A DNA stretch of 64,000 nucleotides from an uncultured Gemmatimonadales bacterium (GCA_963695555.1 CAVOGR010000001.1:448001-512000), one strand, 5' to 3'. Shown: positions 8,382-18,121, numbered from the stretch's first letter. Numbers and translations are program-made. Notes: generated from the letters alone by a model not told the origin.

Positions 8382-10082
8382 ATGACAACGACGACGATCA
8401 GCGAGAAGACCTTCTTCGGCCACCCACGCGGCCTGGCCACGCTGTTCTTCACGGAGATGTGGGAGCGATTCTCCTACTACGGGATGCGGGCGCTCCTGGT
8501 CTTGTTCATGACCGCACCGATCGCCATAGCCAACCCCGGCCTCGGGTACGGCCCGGCCAAGGCCGGGGCCGTCTACGGCCTCTACACGTCCATGGTCTAC
8601 TTGCTGGCCCTTCCCGGCGGCTGGGTCGCAGACAACCTCTGGGGCCAACGCCGGGCGGTGTTCGTCGGCGGCTGCATCATCGCCCTCGGCCACTTCACCA
8701 TGGCGGGGCCGCTGATGGGGCTGCCCGAAACTCCCACGTTCTTCGCGGGACTCATGTTCATCGTGATCGGCACCGGGTTGCTCAAGCCCAACGTCAGCAC
8801 GATGGTGGGGGATCTGTACCCCAGTGCTGAGGCTGCCGGGGACGACGAAGAGGCCCATCTCCGCGCCGAGCAGCATGGTGCGAGGCGGGACGCCGGGTTC
8901 TCGATCTTCTATATGGGAATCAACCTCGGCGCCATCCTGGGGCCGTTCGTCTGCGGCACGCTGGGTGAGAACGTGCAGTGGCACTGGGGCTTCTCCGCTG
9001 CCGGGTTCGGCATGATTCTCGGGCTCATCCAGTACAAGCGCGGCGACAAGTACCTGGGTAAGGTGGGCTATCTGCCGGAGAGCGACTCAGCCGAGACCGC
9101 CCGGAAGAGCCGGACGTTCTATTTCGTGGCCGGCATCGTGGCGGCGATCGCCGCGCTCTTTGCCTTTCTCGCCATCGGCGGCACCATTGATGTGACGCTC
9201 GAGGGATTCGCCACGTGGCTCGGATACGGCATCCTGTTGCTCACCATTCTCTTCTTCACCTACCTCATCATGAGCGCGAAGTGGGCTGCGGGACTGCTGG
9301 CCGTGTTCGTGGTGCTCGTGATCGGGCTGGTCCCGTCGCTCGGCACCACGGTAGGCGGCCGCTACGCCATCGCCGCGGTGCTCGGCCTGTTCATCGTCAT
9401 GAACATAGGATTCCTGGCATCCGGCGGGGAGAAGGTCACCACCACCAAGAAGCGACTCATGGTGATCTTCTGGCTGTTCCTCATGGCGGCCGTCTTCTGG
9501 TCCGGCTTCGAGCAAGCGGGCTCGTCGATGAACTTGTTCGCTCGAGATCTGACCGACCGGGTGTTCTTCGGCTGGGAGATGCCGACGACTTGGCTCCAAA
9601 ACGTGAACCCGATCTTCATTGTGGTTCTGGCCCCGGTGTTCGGCTGGCTGTGGACCTGGCTGGCCCAACGGGACGCGAACCCGTCGATTCCCTTGAAATT
9701 CGGGCTCGGCTTGATGGGCCTGGCGGCCGGCTTCTTCGTCATCTCCTGGGGCGCAGCGCAGGCCACGGTGGAAAACCCGGTCACCCCAGCCTGGCTGGTG
9801 GTCACCTACTTCCTCCACACCTGCGGCGAGCTCGCCCTGTCGCCGGTAGGGCTCTCATCGATGACCAAGCTCGCTCCCAAGGGACGGGTGGGACAGATGA
9901 TGGGCGTGTGGTTCATCGCCGCAGCGCTGGGGAACCTGATCGCCGGGCTGGTGGCGGGACGGATCGAGACGCTGCCGCCGGATCAGCTGTTCCAGACCGT
10001 AGCGCTGATTGCTGGAGGGGCTGGTGTCGTCGCGCTCCTGGTCAGTCGCCCAGTGAAGCGGCTCATGGCCGGCATCGAGTAG
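8382..10082 (+). CDS. Proton-dependent oligopeptide transporter (POT/PTR family)
   Basis: FFGHPRGLATLFFTEMWERFSYYGMRA (ExxERFxYY), GTGLLKPN, FSIFYMGINLG and GELALSPVGLS motifs. Confidence 0.95.
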   Translation: MTTTTISEKTFFGHPRGLATLFFTEMWERFSYYGMRALLVLFMTAPIAIANPGLGYGPAKAGAVYGLYTSMVYLLALPGGWVADNLWGQRRAVFVGGCIIALGHFTMAGPLMGLPETPTFFAGLMFIVIGTGLLKPNVSTMVGDLYPSAEAAGDDEEAHLRAEQHGARRDAGFSIFYMGINLGAILGPFVCGTLGENVQWHWGFSAAGFGMILGLIQYKRGDKYLGKVGYLPESDSAETARKSRTFYFVAGIVAAIAALFAFLAIGGTIDVTLEGFATWLGYGILLLTILFFTYLIMSAKWAAGLLAVFVVLVIGLVPSLGTTVGGRYAIAAVLGLFIVMNIGFLASGGEKVTTTKKRLMVIFWLFLMAAVFWSGFEQAGSSMNLFARDLTDRVFFGWEMPTTWLQNVNPIFIVVLAPVFGWLWTWLAQRDANPSIPLKFGLGLMGLAAGFFVISWGAAQATVENPVTPAWLVVTYFLHTCGELALSPVGLSSMTKLAPKGRVGQMMGVWFIAAALGNLIAGLVAGRIETLPPDQLFQTVALIAGGAGVVALLVSRPVKRLMAGIE

Positions 10083-10106
10083 ACGTACCTTCGTATCAAG
10101 GCTTCA

Positions 10107-10143
10107 AGCCAAACGGGCGCCACAGGGTGGCGCCCGTTTGGCT
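10107..10143. terminator. Hairpin terminator between convergent genes
   Basis: Perfect 17-bp inverted repeat AGCCAAACGGGCGCCAC-agg-GTGGCGCCCGTTTGGCT. Confidence 0.75.
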
Positions 10144-10160
10144 ATCTATGCAGAGCTTTC

Positions 10161-11099
10161 TCAGCGTGTGGCGACGGGAAGTGGCTTAGCATCGCCATGC
10201 CGCGGCAGGCGCCAGCGATAGATGGCGGATTGTCCGTCGTGCACGACGTCGGCATAGATGGTAGAGCCATCCGGGGCCCACCGGATGGCATGGACTGGCG
10301 ACCCCAGCACCATGGGATGATCCGGCGGCGCGTCGAAGGACACCACGAACCCGCGGGAGTTCCCCGCGAAGCTGCCGAAATGCGGCGTGACGGTATACGC
10401 CAGCCGCCAGCCGTCCACTGACAGGCGCACGTCCCCTATGAAGAGCTTCATGCCCGGAAACCTGGGCGCGCGGTGCATCGCGAAGACCTTTCGCGGGTCA
10501 TGGGCGTCAACGATGATGACCAGCCTGCCGCGGGCATGGGCGATGTGAAAGGGCCCGACGGTCTCGGACTCCTGCCAGGCCTTGTCGTCACGGGAGCACG
10601 GCCCTCGGTAGGCAAACGGCTCGCTCTCGATGGCCTGCCACTCCGGCTGATCGGCTGCCGGATCGATCCCCAGGTAGCGGCCGAATTCGTTGTGCACCAC
10701 CACGCGGCCGCCGTCCGGGATCCAGCATCCTCCGTCGGGGAACACGGCCGCTCCGCTCGCGACGAGCTCCCGAGCCCCGGCGCTCAGCCCAACCGGGGTT
10801 CCTTCGAGGAGGGTCACGTCGTAGAGCACGAATGTCTGGAGCTGGCGCAGCGTGAACGACTCGAGATCCTCCGCTCCGTCGGCGGCGTCGACGATTGGCT
10901 TGGAGAAGAGGAGCCATCGGCCATCGGGCGAAATGGAAAACGGGTGTCCGCCGAGGTAGTCGAGGCCCTCGGTGCCGGGAAGCAGTTGCCCGCCCGTGGT
11001 GCCTGGGTCGAGCGGCCCGGGCCCGCAGGACGCCACCACGAGCAGAAGGACTCCCGTTCGGGTGACCTGCCTGATGAGCCGGGGGGTGAAGGAGTGCAT
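10161..11099 (-). CDS. Lipoprotein with TolB/PD40-like beta-propeller motifs
   Basis: Lipobox VASC; SISPDGRWLLFS, LSVDGWRLAY and WAPDGSTIY repeats. Confidence 0.65.
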   Translation of the reverse strand: MHSFTPRLIRQVTRTGVLLLVVASCGPGPLDPGTTGGQLLPGTEGLDYLGGHPFSISPDGRWLLFSKPIVDAADGAEDLESFTLRQLQTFVLYDVTLLEGTPVGLSAGARELVASGAAVFPDGGCWIPDGGRVVVHNEFGRYLGIDPAADQPEWQAIESEPFAYRGPCSRDDKAWQESETVGPFHIAHARGRLVIIVDAHDPRKVFAMHRAPRFPGMKLFIGDVRLSVDGWRLAYTVTPHFGSFAGNSRGFVVSFDAPPDHPMVLGSPVHAIRWAPDGSTIYADVVHDGQSAIYRWRLPRHGDAKPLPVATR

Positions 11100-11188
11100 T
11101 GCTGTCGCAGACCTTTCGTGTTCTTGAGCTGTGCCGCCAATGTAACCAGAGGGCGCTCCGCTGCCGACCCTGGTACATTACGCGCGTG

Positions 11189-11824
11189 ATGTGGTTTGGA
11201 TCGCGTACCCGGGCGGCTTCGGCCCTCGCCGTGGCTGGCACGATTGCCCTCGGCTGGAACGCCGCGTGCCGCGGAAACGACGGCGCGCCGGCCGACCCGG
11301 CGGGCGGTGGTGCGGTGGCCCTGGCCGAGCCGGTGCCCAAGGTCCCGTTCACCCTCACCGCCACCGATGGGACCCCGTATCACTTCGTCGAAGAGACCGA
11401 GGGTTTCGTCACCTTGCTGTTCTTCGGCTACACCAATTGTCCCGACGTCTGCCCGGTCCACATGGCGAACTTGGCCGCGGTACTGGATCGCCTGCCGTTC
11501 GAGGCGTCGTCCGCGATCAAGGTCGTTTTCGTGACTACCGATCCGGAGCGCGATACCCCCGAGCACATCCGTGAGTGGCTCGATCAATTCGACCCGAGTT
11601 TCGTTGGGCTCACCGGCACGCCCGGTGAGCTCGTCGAGTTGCAGCGAGCGTACCGGCTCGCGCCGGCCATCCGGGAAGACATTGACGAGTCGAGGTATCT
11701 GGTTAGCCACGCCGCCCATGTCCTGGCCTTCACCCGCGACGACTCGGCCCATGTGGTGTTCCCCTTCGGCACCCGCCAGTCGGATTGGATGCGCGAACTG
11801 CCCAAGCTGGTCGAGGCGCGGTGA
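11189..11824 (+). CDS. SCO/SenC copper chaperone
   Basis: FFGYTNCPDVCP (CxxxC), TTDPERDTP and the distal His in YLVSH. Confidence 0.92.
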   Translation: MWFGSRTRAASALAVAGTIALGWNAACRGNDGAPADPAGGGAVALAEPVPKVPFTLTATDGTPYHFVEETEGFVTLLFFGYTNCPDVCPVHMANLAAVLDRLPFEASSAIKVVFVTTDPERDTPEHIREWLDQFDPSFVGLTGTPGELVELQRAYRLAPAIREDIDESRYLVSHAAHVLAFTRDDSAHVVFPFGTRQSDWMRELPKLVEAR

Positions 11825-12345
11825 GCTGCTTGCGACTGGGAGCCGGTCGCATCGTGACGGTGCTGGTCGCGGTCGCAGCGATGGCGTCCTGCCGAGCACG
11901 TGAAGCCGATGACAGCCCGCCGCAGGCGAACGTCCGCGTTGGCGACCTGGTAATCTCGGACGGCTACGTGGCCGCGCCCATGGTGGATCATTTGACCATG
12001 GCGTATTTCACGATGGAGAACATCGGGACCGAGCCCGACGCCCTGGTGGGTGCCAGCAGCGACGTCGCGGCGCGGATCGAGCTGCTGTCACAAGTACTCG
12101 ACGGCCCCCTGGGCCGAAGGTCGCCCGTCGAGCGAATCGTTATCGCGCCGGGCCATGCCGTGACGCTCGAACCTGGCGGCTTCCACCTGATCCTGGAGGA
12201 CCTTCGCGTGCCGCTCGCGCCGGGAGACTCGGTGACCATCCGGCTCCAGTTCGAACGCGCCGGAAGAACCCAGGTGCGCCTGCCGGTCCTCCCACAAATC
12301 GAGTTGGTACGCCGGCCGCTGGCGATCCAGGAGAACGCCGGGTGA
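11821..12345 (+). CDS. PCu(A)C-like copper chaperone homolog with degenerate metal ligands
   Basis: AYFTMENIGTEPDALVGASSDVA...VTLEPGGFHLIL..GDSVTIRLQFERAG fold signature; lies between SCO and CtaG. Confidence 0.8.
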   Translation: MSCLRLGAGRIVTVLVAVAAMASCRAREADDSPPQANVRVGDLVISDGYVAAPMVDHLTMAYFTMENIGTEPDALVGASSDVAARIELLSQVLDGPLGRRSPVERIVIAPGHAVTLEPGGFHLILEDLRVPLAPGDSVTIRLQFERAGRTQVRLPVLPQIELVRRPLAIQENAG

Positions 12346-13226
12346 CCTGGTGGTGTTCGGCCCGGGATGTCGCGTGGACCTGGAGCTGGCAGGCCTATCC
12401 CGGGGTCTGGGTTTTCGTCGCGGCGCTGGTCCTGCTGTACGTCGCCGCAATCGTCACGCTGGGGCCACGACACACCGCACCGGATGAACAGTCGGCGCAC
12501 CCCGGGCGCATGGCGTCGTTCGGCTTCGGGATTCTGGCACTCTGGATTGCAACCGACTGGCCGCTCGGTGCGCTCGGCGCCGGTTATCTCCTGAGCGTGC
12601 ACACGGTCCAGTACCTGCTTTACACCTTTGTCGCCCCACCGCTCATTCTGCTCGGCCTGCCGCGCTGGCTGCCCCTCGTGCTCGAGCGCCGACCCACGGC
12701 CTGGCGCCTCCTGTGCTTCTTCGCGCGACCGATCGCCGCACTCGTGACCGTGAACGCCGTGCTCCTGGTGACCCACCTACCGCCCGTGGTCGACGGCTTT
12801 CGCCGGTCGCAGCTCGGCTCGTTAACCATCGATCTTGCCTGGCTATTCGCCGGGTTGATCATGTGGTGGCCGGTGCTCGCACCCCGACCCGAAGCCGGAC
12901 GGCTCAGCGAACCCTGGAAGATCGGATATCTCTTTCTCACTACCATCGTCCCGACCGTCCCCGCCGGGTTCTTCGTCTTCTCGGATTTCCCGATCTATGC
13001 GCTCTATGAGTTGGCGCCCCGGGTCCAGGGAATTGCAGCCGGTGCAGACCAGCAGGCAGCCGGGCTCCTGATGAAGGCCGGCGATCCCATTATCTGGCTC
13101 GCCATGTTGACGGTGTTCGTCCGGTGGAGTACCCGGGAGGCCAAGCTGGACGAGCGCGATCTGGCCGAGCACCGACGAGCGGCCGCCATGGGGAGGGGTG
13201 GGGGTGAGGGGACTCGGGCCGAGTGA
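12342..13226 (+). CDS. ctaG: Cytochrome c oxidase assembly factor CtaG (caa3 type)
   Basis: YLLSVHTVQYLLYTFVAPPLILLG, WWPV and DQQAAGLLMK motifs; multi-TM. Confidence 0.8.
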   Translation: MTWWCSARDVAWTWSWQAYPGVWVFVAALVLLYVAAIVTLGPRHTAPDEQSAHPGRMASFGFGILALWIATDWPLGALGAGYLLSVHTVQYLLYTFVAPPLILLGLPRWLPLVLERRPTAWRLLCFFARPIAALVTVNAVLLVTHLPPVVDGFRRSQLGSLTIDLAWLFAGLIMWWPVLAPRPEAGRLSEPWKIGYLFLTTIVPTVPAGFFVFSDFPIYALYELAPRVQGIAAGADQQAAGLLMKAGDPIIWLAMLTVFVRWSTREAKLDERDLAEHRRAAAMGRGGGEGTRAE

Positions 13227-13819
13227 ATTTTTTGGCCCATCTCTATCTGGCGGACGACTCCCCCGGATCCCTCATTGGCAACCTCCTGCCCGACCTGGTT
13301 CGCGGAGTAGGGCCGCCGACCGACGAGCTTGACCCCGCCGTTCGGGCAGGCGCCGCCCTCCACCACCGGGTCGATATCTACACCGACCGCCATCCGGTGT
13401 TCCGCGAGAGCAAGGGCCGGATCCGCGGCCGACATGGGATCTTCTCCGGCATCCTGATCGACGTGTTCTATGACCACTTCCTGTCGGTCTCCTGGGATCG
13501 CTATCACCCTGACCCTCTGCCTCAGTTCATCGCGCACGTCTACCAGACCTTTGCCGATCACACCCACCTGATGCCGCCGGCCATGCGATGGGTCACCGAG
13601 CGCATGGCGGCCCAGGACTGGCTGTCGAGTTATGGCTCGGTCGAGGGGATCGGCCTCATCCTGGAACGGATGTCACGCCGATTCAGGGCGCGGTTCGAGC
13701 GGGACGTGGACCTGGCCGCTGCCGTGGCCGATCTCGACCAGCACTATGATGCCCTGCAACGCGACTTCTCCAGGTTCTTTCCCGACCTCGTTGCGGAGGT
13801 CGGGGCAACGGCGCCTTAG
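13223..13819 (+). CDS. acpH: ACP phosphodiesterase family protein
   Basis: MNFLAHLYLA, GNLLPDLVRG, LHHRVDIYTDRHP, DVFYDHFL and WLSSY motifs. Confidence 0.85.
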   Translation: MNFLAHLYLADDSPGSLIGNLLPDLVRGVGPPTDELDPAVRAGAALHHRVDIYTDRHPVFRESKGRIRGRHGIFSGILIDVFYDHFLSVSWDRYHPDPLPQFIAHVYQTFADHTHLMPPAMRWVTERMAAQDWLSSYGSVEGIGLILERMSRRFRARFERDVDLAAAVADLDQHYDALQRDFSRFFPDLVAEVGATAP

Positions 13820-13835
13820 ACATCCCTCCCGTGCA

Positions 13836-13877
13836 CTGTGCAAAGGCTTTGGGGGCTGCTCGAGACCCTTTGCACAG
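13836..13877. promoter_or_regulatory. 11-bp inverted repeat (terminator or activator binding site)
   Basis: CTGTGCAAAGG-N20-CCTTTGCACAG, between the acpH stop and a sigma54 motif. Confidence 0.4.
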
Positions 13878-13898
13878 CGAGCGAGCGGGCAGCCGCTC

Positions 13899-13914
13899 TG
13901 GCACATCTCCTGCT
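13899..13914 (+). promoter_or_regulatory. Putative sigma54 promoter
   Basis: TGGCACATCTCCTGCT, ~80 nt upstream of ATG 13995. Confidence 0.6.
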
Positions 13915-13994
13915 CTAAAATCAGGCGTTTTTGGACCCCTAATGTGGGCGTCTTCTGGAGCCCGAGCATTCCCGGATGAGCCCCGAGGACCACC

Positions 13995-14672
13995 ATGGCA
14001 CCCGACGAAGGCTGGCTGGATTTCCTCGAGGAAGAAGAGGACGAGAAGCCCGAGCCCGCCGGGCCGTATGTTGCGCTGGCCGATGGGGATCTTTCGGCCA
14101 AATGGGACCTGGGAGATTTCCTCCACAGGCTGGGCGGGGTGTTCCTGCTCGGTAAGAAGGAATGGAAAGACCCCGAGTACCTGTACATTCCTAACTTCTA
14201 TCTGCGGATCCTGGACCTCGTATCGGTGGTGGTCTGGGGACCCGACCGCCCCAAGCCGGTGCTCACCAAGGCCCAGCAGCGCCGCCGCCGCATTTGGTCC
14301 TACTCCTTGGCGGCCAGCGGTCTGGTAGCCTTTGCCGCTCTGATGGTGTCCATCGTTCCCACCCGGCTGGAGTCCCTGCCCCCCGACCTCGTAGGTATCT
14401 GGCAGACCACCGCCGCCGGGTACGCCGACCGGACCTTCGAAATCGCCGAGGATGCCTTGGTGTTCCAGGTCGGTGAGGGGGAGACGGACTTCCAGATCCA
14501 CCCCATCACCCGGGTGCGGCGCAGAGGGCGAGCGGAGGATGCCAGCCTCATCCAGATCCAGTATGGGACGGAGGATGCCCCGCTCGAGCTGGCCTTTTAC
14601 TACGAGCCCGGGCCCGAGCCGCTCATCCGGTTCCAAAACCAGGCCGAGCTGGTGTGGAGGCCCCACCGCTAG
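13995..14672 (+). CDS. Hypothetical single-pass membrane protein
   Basis: RBS GAGGA; acidic N-terminus, RRRR followed by a TM helix, and a beta-rich C-terminal domain. Confidence 0.7.
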   Translation: MAPDEGWLDFLEEEEDEKPEPAGPYVALADGDLSAKWDLGDFLHRLGGVFLLGKKEWKDPEYLYIPNFYLRILDLVSVVVWGPDRPKPVLTKAQQRRRRIWSYSLAASGLVAFAALMVSIVPTRLESLPPDLVGIWQTTAAGYADRTFEIAEDALVFQVGEGETDFQIHPITRVRRRGRAEDASLIQIQYGTEDAPLELAFYYEPGPEPLIRFQNQAELVWRPHR

Positions 14673-14803
14673 GACTGCGTTCCCTCCGCGCGGCTGTGCC
14701 GGGTCCAATGCCTCGAGCGCGTCTGATAACCTTCCCGTCGCTCCCAAATCCATCGGTCAACGACCGACCGCCCATCATGGAGCGCAGCCCGCATGTCGCT
14801 CGA

Positions 14804-14819
14804 CGTGATCTACATCACA
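14804..14819. promoter_or_regulatory. CRP/FNR-family binding site candidate
   Basis: CGTGA-TCTACA-TCACA versus the consensus TGTGA-N6-TCACA. Confidence 0.45.
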
Positions 14820-15025
14820 AAAAGTTGACGCGGCGATGACACACTAGGCCGATGGACACCTCGCCCCTGAAATCCTTGCCAAAGCCCGTGATTTTGGGGA
14901 CAGATCATAGCTAACACCCAGCGGTCGAACAGGTTAGTGACTGTCAAAGAACGAGCCGGTTGATACTTGGGTTGACCGCTCTCACATTGCGGCTTTCTGA
15001 AGGCAAGCTGGTGTAGTTTGGTCGC

Positions 15026-15053
15026 TATACAAGTAACTCTAAGTTATTGTATA
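15026..15053. promoter_or_regulatory. AT-rich palindrome upstream of the pilin promoter (possible DNA-bending or regulator site)
   Basis: TATACAA(G)TAACT-CTA-AGTTATTGTATA within an AT-rich island in a GC-rich genome. Confidence 0.4.
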
Positions 15054-15080
15054 CCAGATTGTTAGTGCTTGTACGCATAC

Positions 15081-15095
15081 TGGCACGGCGCGTGC
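15081..15095 (+). promoter_or_regulatory. Putative sigma54 promoter of the pilin operon
   Basis: TGGCACGGCGCGTGC, 50 nt upstream of ATG 15145. Confidence 0.6.
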
Positions 15096-15144
15096 CATGA
15101 ATAACCTGCGTGGAAGTGTCTATTTATTTGACTCTGGGAGCCTG

Positions 15145-15603
15145 ATGGGAAACCGGGGCTACAGTCTCACCGAGCTGGTGCTGGCGATGGTGGTCATCGG
15201 CGTCGTGGCGCTCATTGCCGTGCCGCGGATGGCCTCTCAGCGGCGGTCGATGAGTTGGCGGTCGGTGGTGAACGAGTTCATCGCGGCCCAATCGCTCGCC
15301 CAGGCGACCGCGGTGCGGCGGGGCCGGGTCGCCGAGCTCCACATCGATGCCGCGGCGGCCCGCTTCTGGATCGAGGTCGACACCAGCACGGCCGGCGGTG
15401 TGATCGATACGGTCGGCCCGGTACGGCAGATCCAGGATCCGACGGCTAGTATGTCCAGCACCCGGACCCTCCTCTGCTACGACGCACAAGGCCTGGCTAC
15501 CACAGTAGGCGCCTGTGAGGAGGGAGACGCGACGGTCACCTTCTCCTTCCCGGGGTACTCGAAGACGGTCGAAATGACGCTGTTGGGGAAACTCTTGCGA
15601 TGA
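15145..15603 (+). CDS. Type IV minor pilin, FimT/FimU/GspH-like
   Basis: Class III signal RG|YSLTELVLAMVVIGVVALIAVP with Glu5; GGGAG RBS. Confidence 0.85.
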   Translation: MGNRGYSLTELVLAMVVIGVVALIAVPRMASQRRSMSWRSVVNEFIAAQSLAQATAVRRGRVAELHIDAAAARFWIEVDTSTAGGVIDTVGPVRQIQDPTASMSSTRTLLCYDAQGLATTVGACEEGDATVTFSFPGYSKTVEMTLLGKLLR

Positions 15604-15968
15604 GAACACCCGCGCCCAAGCGGCAAAAAGACACCGGGGGATTCTCCGTGATCGAGGTGTTGGTGGCCATCACCATCTTCTCGATCGTGGTGCTCGGCGT
15701 TGCCGCAACGGGTGCGGTGTCCGCTCGCAATCTGAATTCCGGGCAGGAATCGACCTCGGCCGCGACCGCGGTGCAGAGCAAGGTCGACTCCCTGACCTCG
15801 CTGGGCTGGGACGCGCTCACGTCGCAATCCGGCACCGATTCCGTCCAGGGGCATGCCGTGAATTGGACGGTCACCGGGACCAATCCGCGCCACGTGGTGG
15901 TGGTGGTCCAGCGCCAGGTCATGTCGCAAACCTTTGCCGACACCATCGTGACCTATGTCTCGAAGTGA
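15600..15968 (+). CDS. Type IV minor pilin, PilV-like
   Basis: G|FSVIEVLVAITIFSIVVLG; 122 aa. Confidence 0.85.
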   Translation: MRTPAPKRQKDTGGFSVIEVLVAITIFSIVVLGVAATGAVSARNLNSGQESTSAATAVQSKVDSLTSLGWDALTSQSGTDSVQGHAVNWTVTGTNPRHVVVVVQRQVMSQTFADTIVTYVSK

Positions 15969-15981
15969 CCGGTGCCCGCTC

Positions 15982-16821
15982 ATGAGCTCGCCGCGAGGCC
16001 TGCGCTCGGCCCGGGGGTTCACTCTGGCCGAAATCATGGTGGCCCTGGTGCTCGGCATGATCGTCATGACGGCGGTGCTCGGAGTGATGATCTCACAGCT
16101 CCGCCGCTACGACCTGCAGCAGCAGACCGTGGATGCCAGCGAGACCGTCCGCGGTGCCGCGGCATTCTTGGGAGATCAGCTCCGAGCGGCCTCGGCCTCG
16201 CGCGGTGACCTGACCGGCCTCGGAGCCTTCTCGGTCACCGTGCGGGCGGTCCAGGGCAATGCGGTCGCGTGCGCCAAGGACAACACGCTGCCGCGCTACG
16301 CCCTCGACATGCCGACCGGGACCTTCCAGGGCACGGTCGACGACAGTGTCTTGGCCTACAGCCCGGCGAGCGGCACCTGGAAGAGCCTCAAGGTCGCGGC
16401 GGTGTGGACCAATCCGGCCGCCGTGGGCATGGCGGCCTGCAATGCGCCGTCGACGGCGACACCCGACCTCGTGATCGAGGTGGTTCCGGGGGACACGGCA
16501 GGCATCGGCATCGGGTCGGACATGATCGCCTTCCGCCGGACTCAGTACGGCATCTTCCAGCAGGGTGGGCGGTGGTGGCTGGGGCGGCGGCTCATGAGTG
16601 CGCAGTCGTACGACCGGCTGACCGGGCCCCTGATGCCGCCGGCCGATAGCGGGCTGGTGTTCCACTACTTCAATGCGGCAGGCGCGGAGACGACAGACAG
16701 TGCCCAAGTGGCTCGGGTGGGCATCGCCATCCGGGCCCAGAGCTTCCGGCGGGTAAGGACCGGGGCCGGAGTGGCCGAACGACATGATTCCACGGCGTTC
16801 GCCGTGTCGATCCGGAACTGA
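15982..16821 (+). CDS. Type IV minor pilin, PilW-like
   Basis: RG|FTLAEIMVALVLGMIVM; C-terminal V-x-I-R-N ending (VSIRN). Confidence 0.85.
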   Translation: MSSPRGLRSARGFTLAEIMVALVLGMIVMTAVLGVMISQLRRYDLQQQTVDASETVRGAAAFLGDQLRAASASRGDLTGLGAFSVTVRAVQGNAVACAKDNTLPRYALDMPTGTFQGTVDDSVLAYSPASGTWKSLKVAAVWTNPAAVGMAACNAPSTATPDLVIEVVPGDTAGIGIGSDMIAFRRTQYGIFQQGGRWWLGRRLMSAQSYDRLTGPLMPPADSGLVFHYFNAAGAETTDSAQVARVGIAIRAQSFRRVRTGAGVAERHDSTAFAVSIRN

Positions 16822-16835
16822 AGCGGGAGAATATC

Positions 16836-18035
16836 GTGACCTACATGCGCCACGGCCCACCAGCCATCCGCACGCGTCAGTCTGAGCGGGGTATTGCCCT
16901 GCCTATGGTGCTGCTGGCTCTGGTGGTGCTCTCGGTGGTGGCCGTCACCTCGATTCAGATCGCCGGGCAGCAGAAGCAGGCCGGCGGCGGGTCACTCCAG
17001 ACGACCAAGGCGTTCTATGCCGCGGAGGCGGGTCTCCATTCCGTGATAGCGAGTTGGGACTCGGCCCGCTACGACACCATGACCGCGTTGGCCGGTGCCG
17101 GCGATAGCCTCTCTCTCGGGAAGCAACTCATCCCGGAAAATGGACAGGTCTATCACGCCATCATTTACCACCTCGGCGACAGCACCAGCAAGCAGTACCG
17201 GATCACCTCCGAAGAGATGATTTCGGGGATGGGCCGGCGGGTGTCGGTCACGGTGGCGGCTGAAGAGCAGTTCGAGTTCGTGCTGTTTTCCCTAACGGGA
17301 ATAGTGCACACCCAGTCGGACATCATCGGTGACGTGGCCGCCAACGGCAGCATCAGCATGGAAGCACCGGTGACGGGGAATGCCTATGCGGGGGGTACGG
17401 TCTCCGATCACTCCCAGGTCTCGGGCATAGTGAAGGAGGGGGTGCCATCGAGAAACTTTGCCAGCGTGGCGTGCCCGACCAGTACCACTCAGTTCCAAGA
17501 GGATACCGACGGCCCCTCCTACGGCCAATACGGCCCCTTACCGATCGGGCAGAGTGTGACCCTGGACCCGATGTCGGGAGACCTTACCATAACCGGATCT
17601 ACGCCGACCACATTCATGGAGGGCACGTATTCCTTCCACAATGTGTTTGTCGACGGGTCCGGTGGCCTCGCCGTATCCCCCGGTGCATCCGTGAAGATCT
17701 ATGTGAGCGGCAACTTGACCATCGGCGGAAGCGGCTATGTCAACCAGAACGGCCCGGCGGCCAACTTCAAGCTCGTCGGCTGTGGCGGCGCCAACGCCGA
17801 ATGGGTCCTGACCAACTCGCGCGAGAGTTGGCTCCAGGTAATGGCGCCGGACAATGCCCTGAGCTTCAACAACAGCGGTGACAACCACGGGATCTTCGTG
17901 GCCGGCAAGATACTAAAGGACGGATCGGGCATCGTCACTTACGAGGCACCGGACGGTGGCACGCAACTCTCGCCTGCCGGCGGGTCCGGCAGCTTCAAAC
18001 CCATTTCGGGCACCTGGGTCGATCTCACAGAGTGA
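16836..18035 (+). CDS. PilX-like pilin with large C-terminal domain (copy 1)
   Basis: ERG|IALPMVLL without Glu5 (PilX/GspK trait); KAFYAAEAG motif; Gly/Asn-rich beta-solenoid-like C-terminus. Confidence 0.8.
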   Translation: MTYMRHGPPAIRTRQSERGIALPMVLLALVVLSVVAVTSIQIAGQQKQAGGGSLQTTKAFYAAEAGLHSVIASWDSARYDTMTALAGAGDSLSLGKQLIPENGQVYHAIIYHLGDSTSKQYRITSEEMISGMGRRVSVTVAAEEQFEFVLFSLTGIVHTQSDIIGDVAANGSISMEAPVTGNAYAGGTVSDHSQVSGIVKEGVPSRNFASVACPTSTTQFQEDTDGPSYGQYGPLPIGQSVTLDPMSGDLTITGSTPTTFMEGTYSFHNVFVDGSGGLAVSPGASVKIYVSGNLTIGGSGYVNQNGPAANFKLVGCGGANAEWVLTNSRESWLQVMAPDNALSFNNSGDNHGIFVAGKILKDGSGIVTYEAPDGGTQLSPAGGSGSFKPISGTWVDLTE

Positions 18036-18121
18036 TGCAGCAACGCTGAGCGCTCGCAGAGCGCAGCATGGGGAAGTGGATGGATGGGCCGAACAAGGCC
18101 GGTTCCCGCTAGGAGTCGTCG

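Noticed and set aside
11139..11179. Imperfect inverted repeat AATGTAACCAG...CTGGTACATT between divergent genes
   Set aside because: It could be an operator, but it occurs once and matches no regulator consensus I can name.
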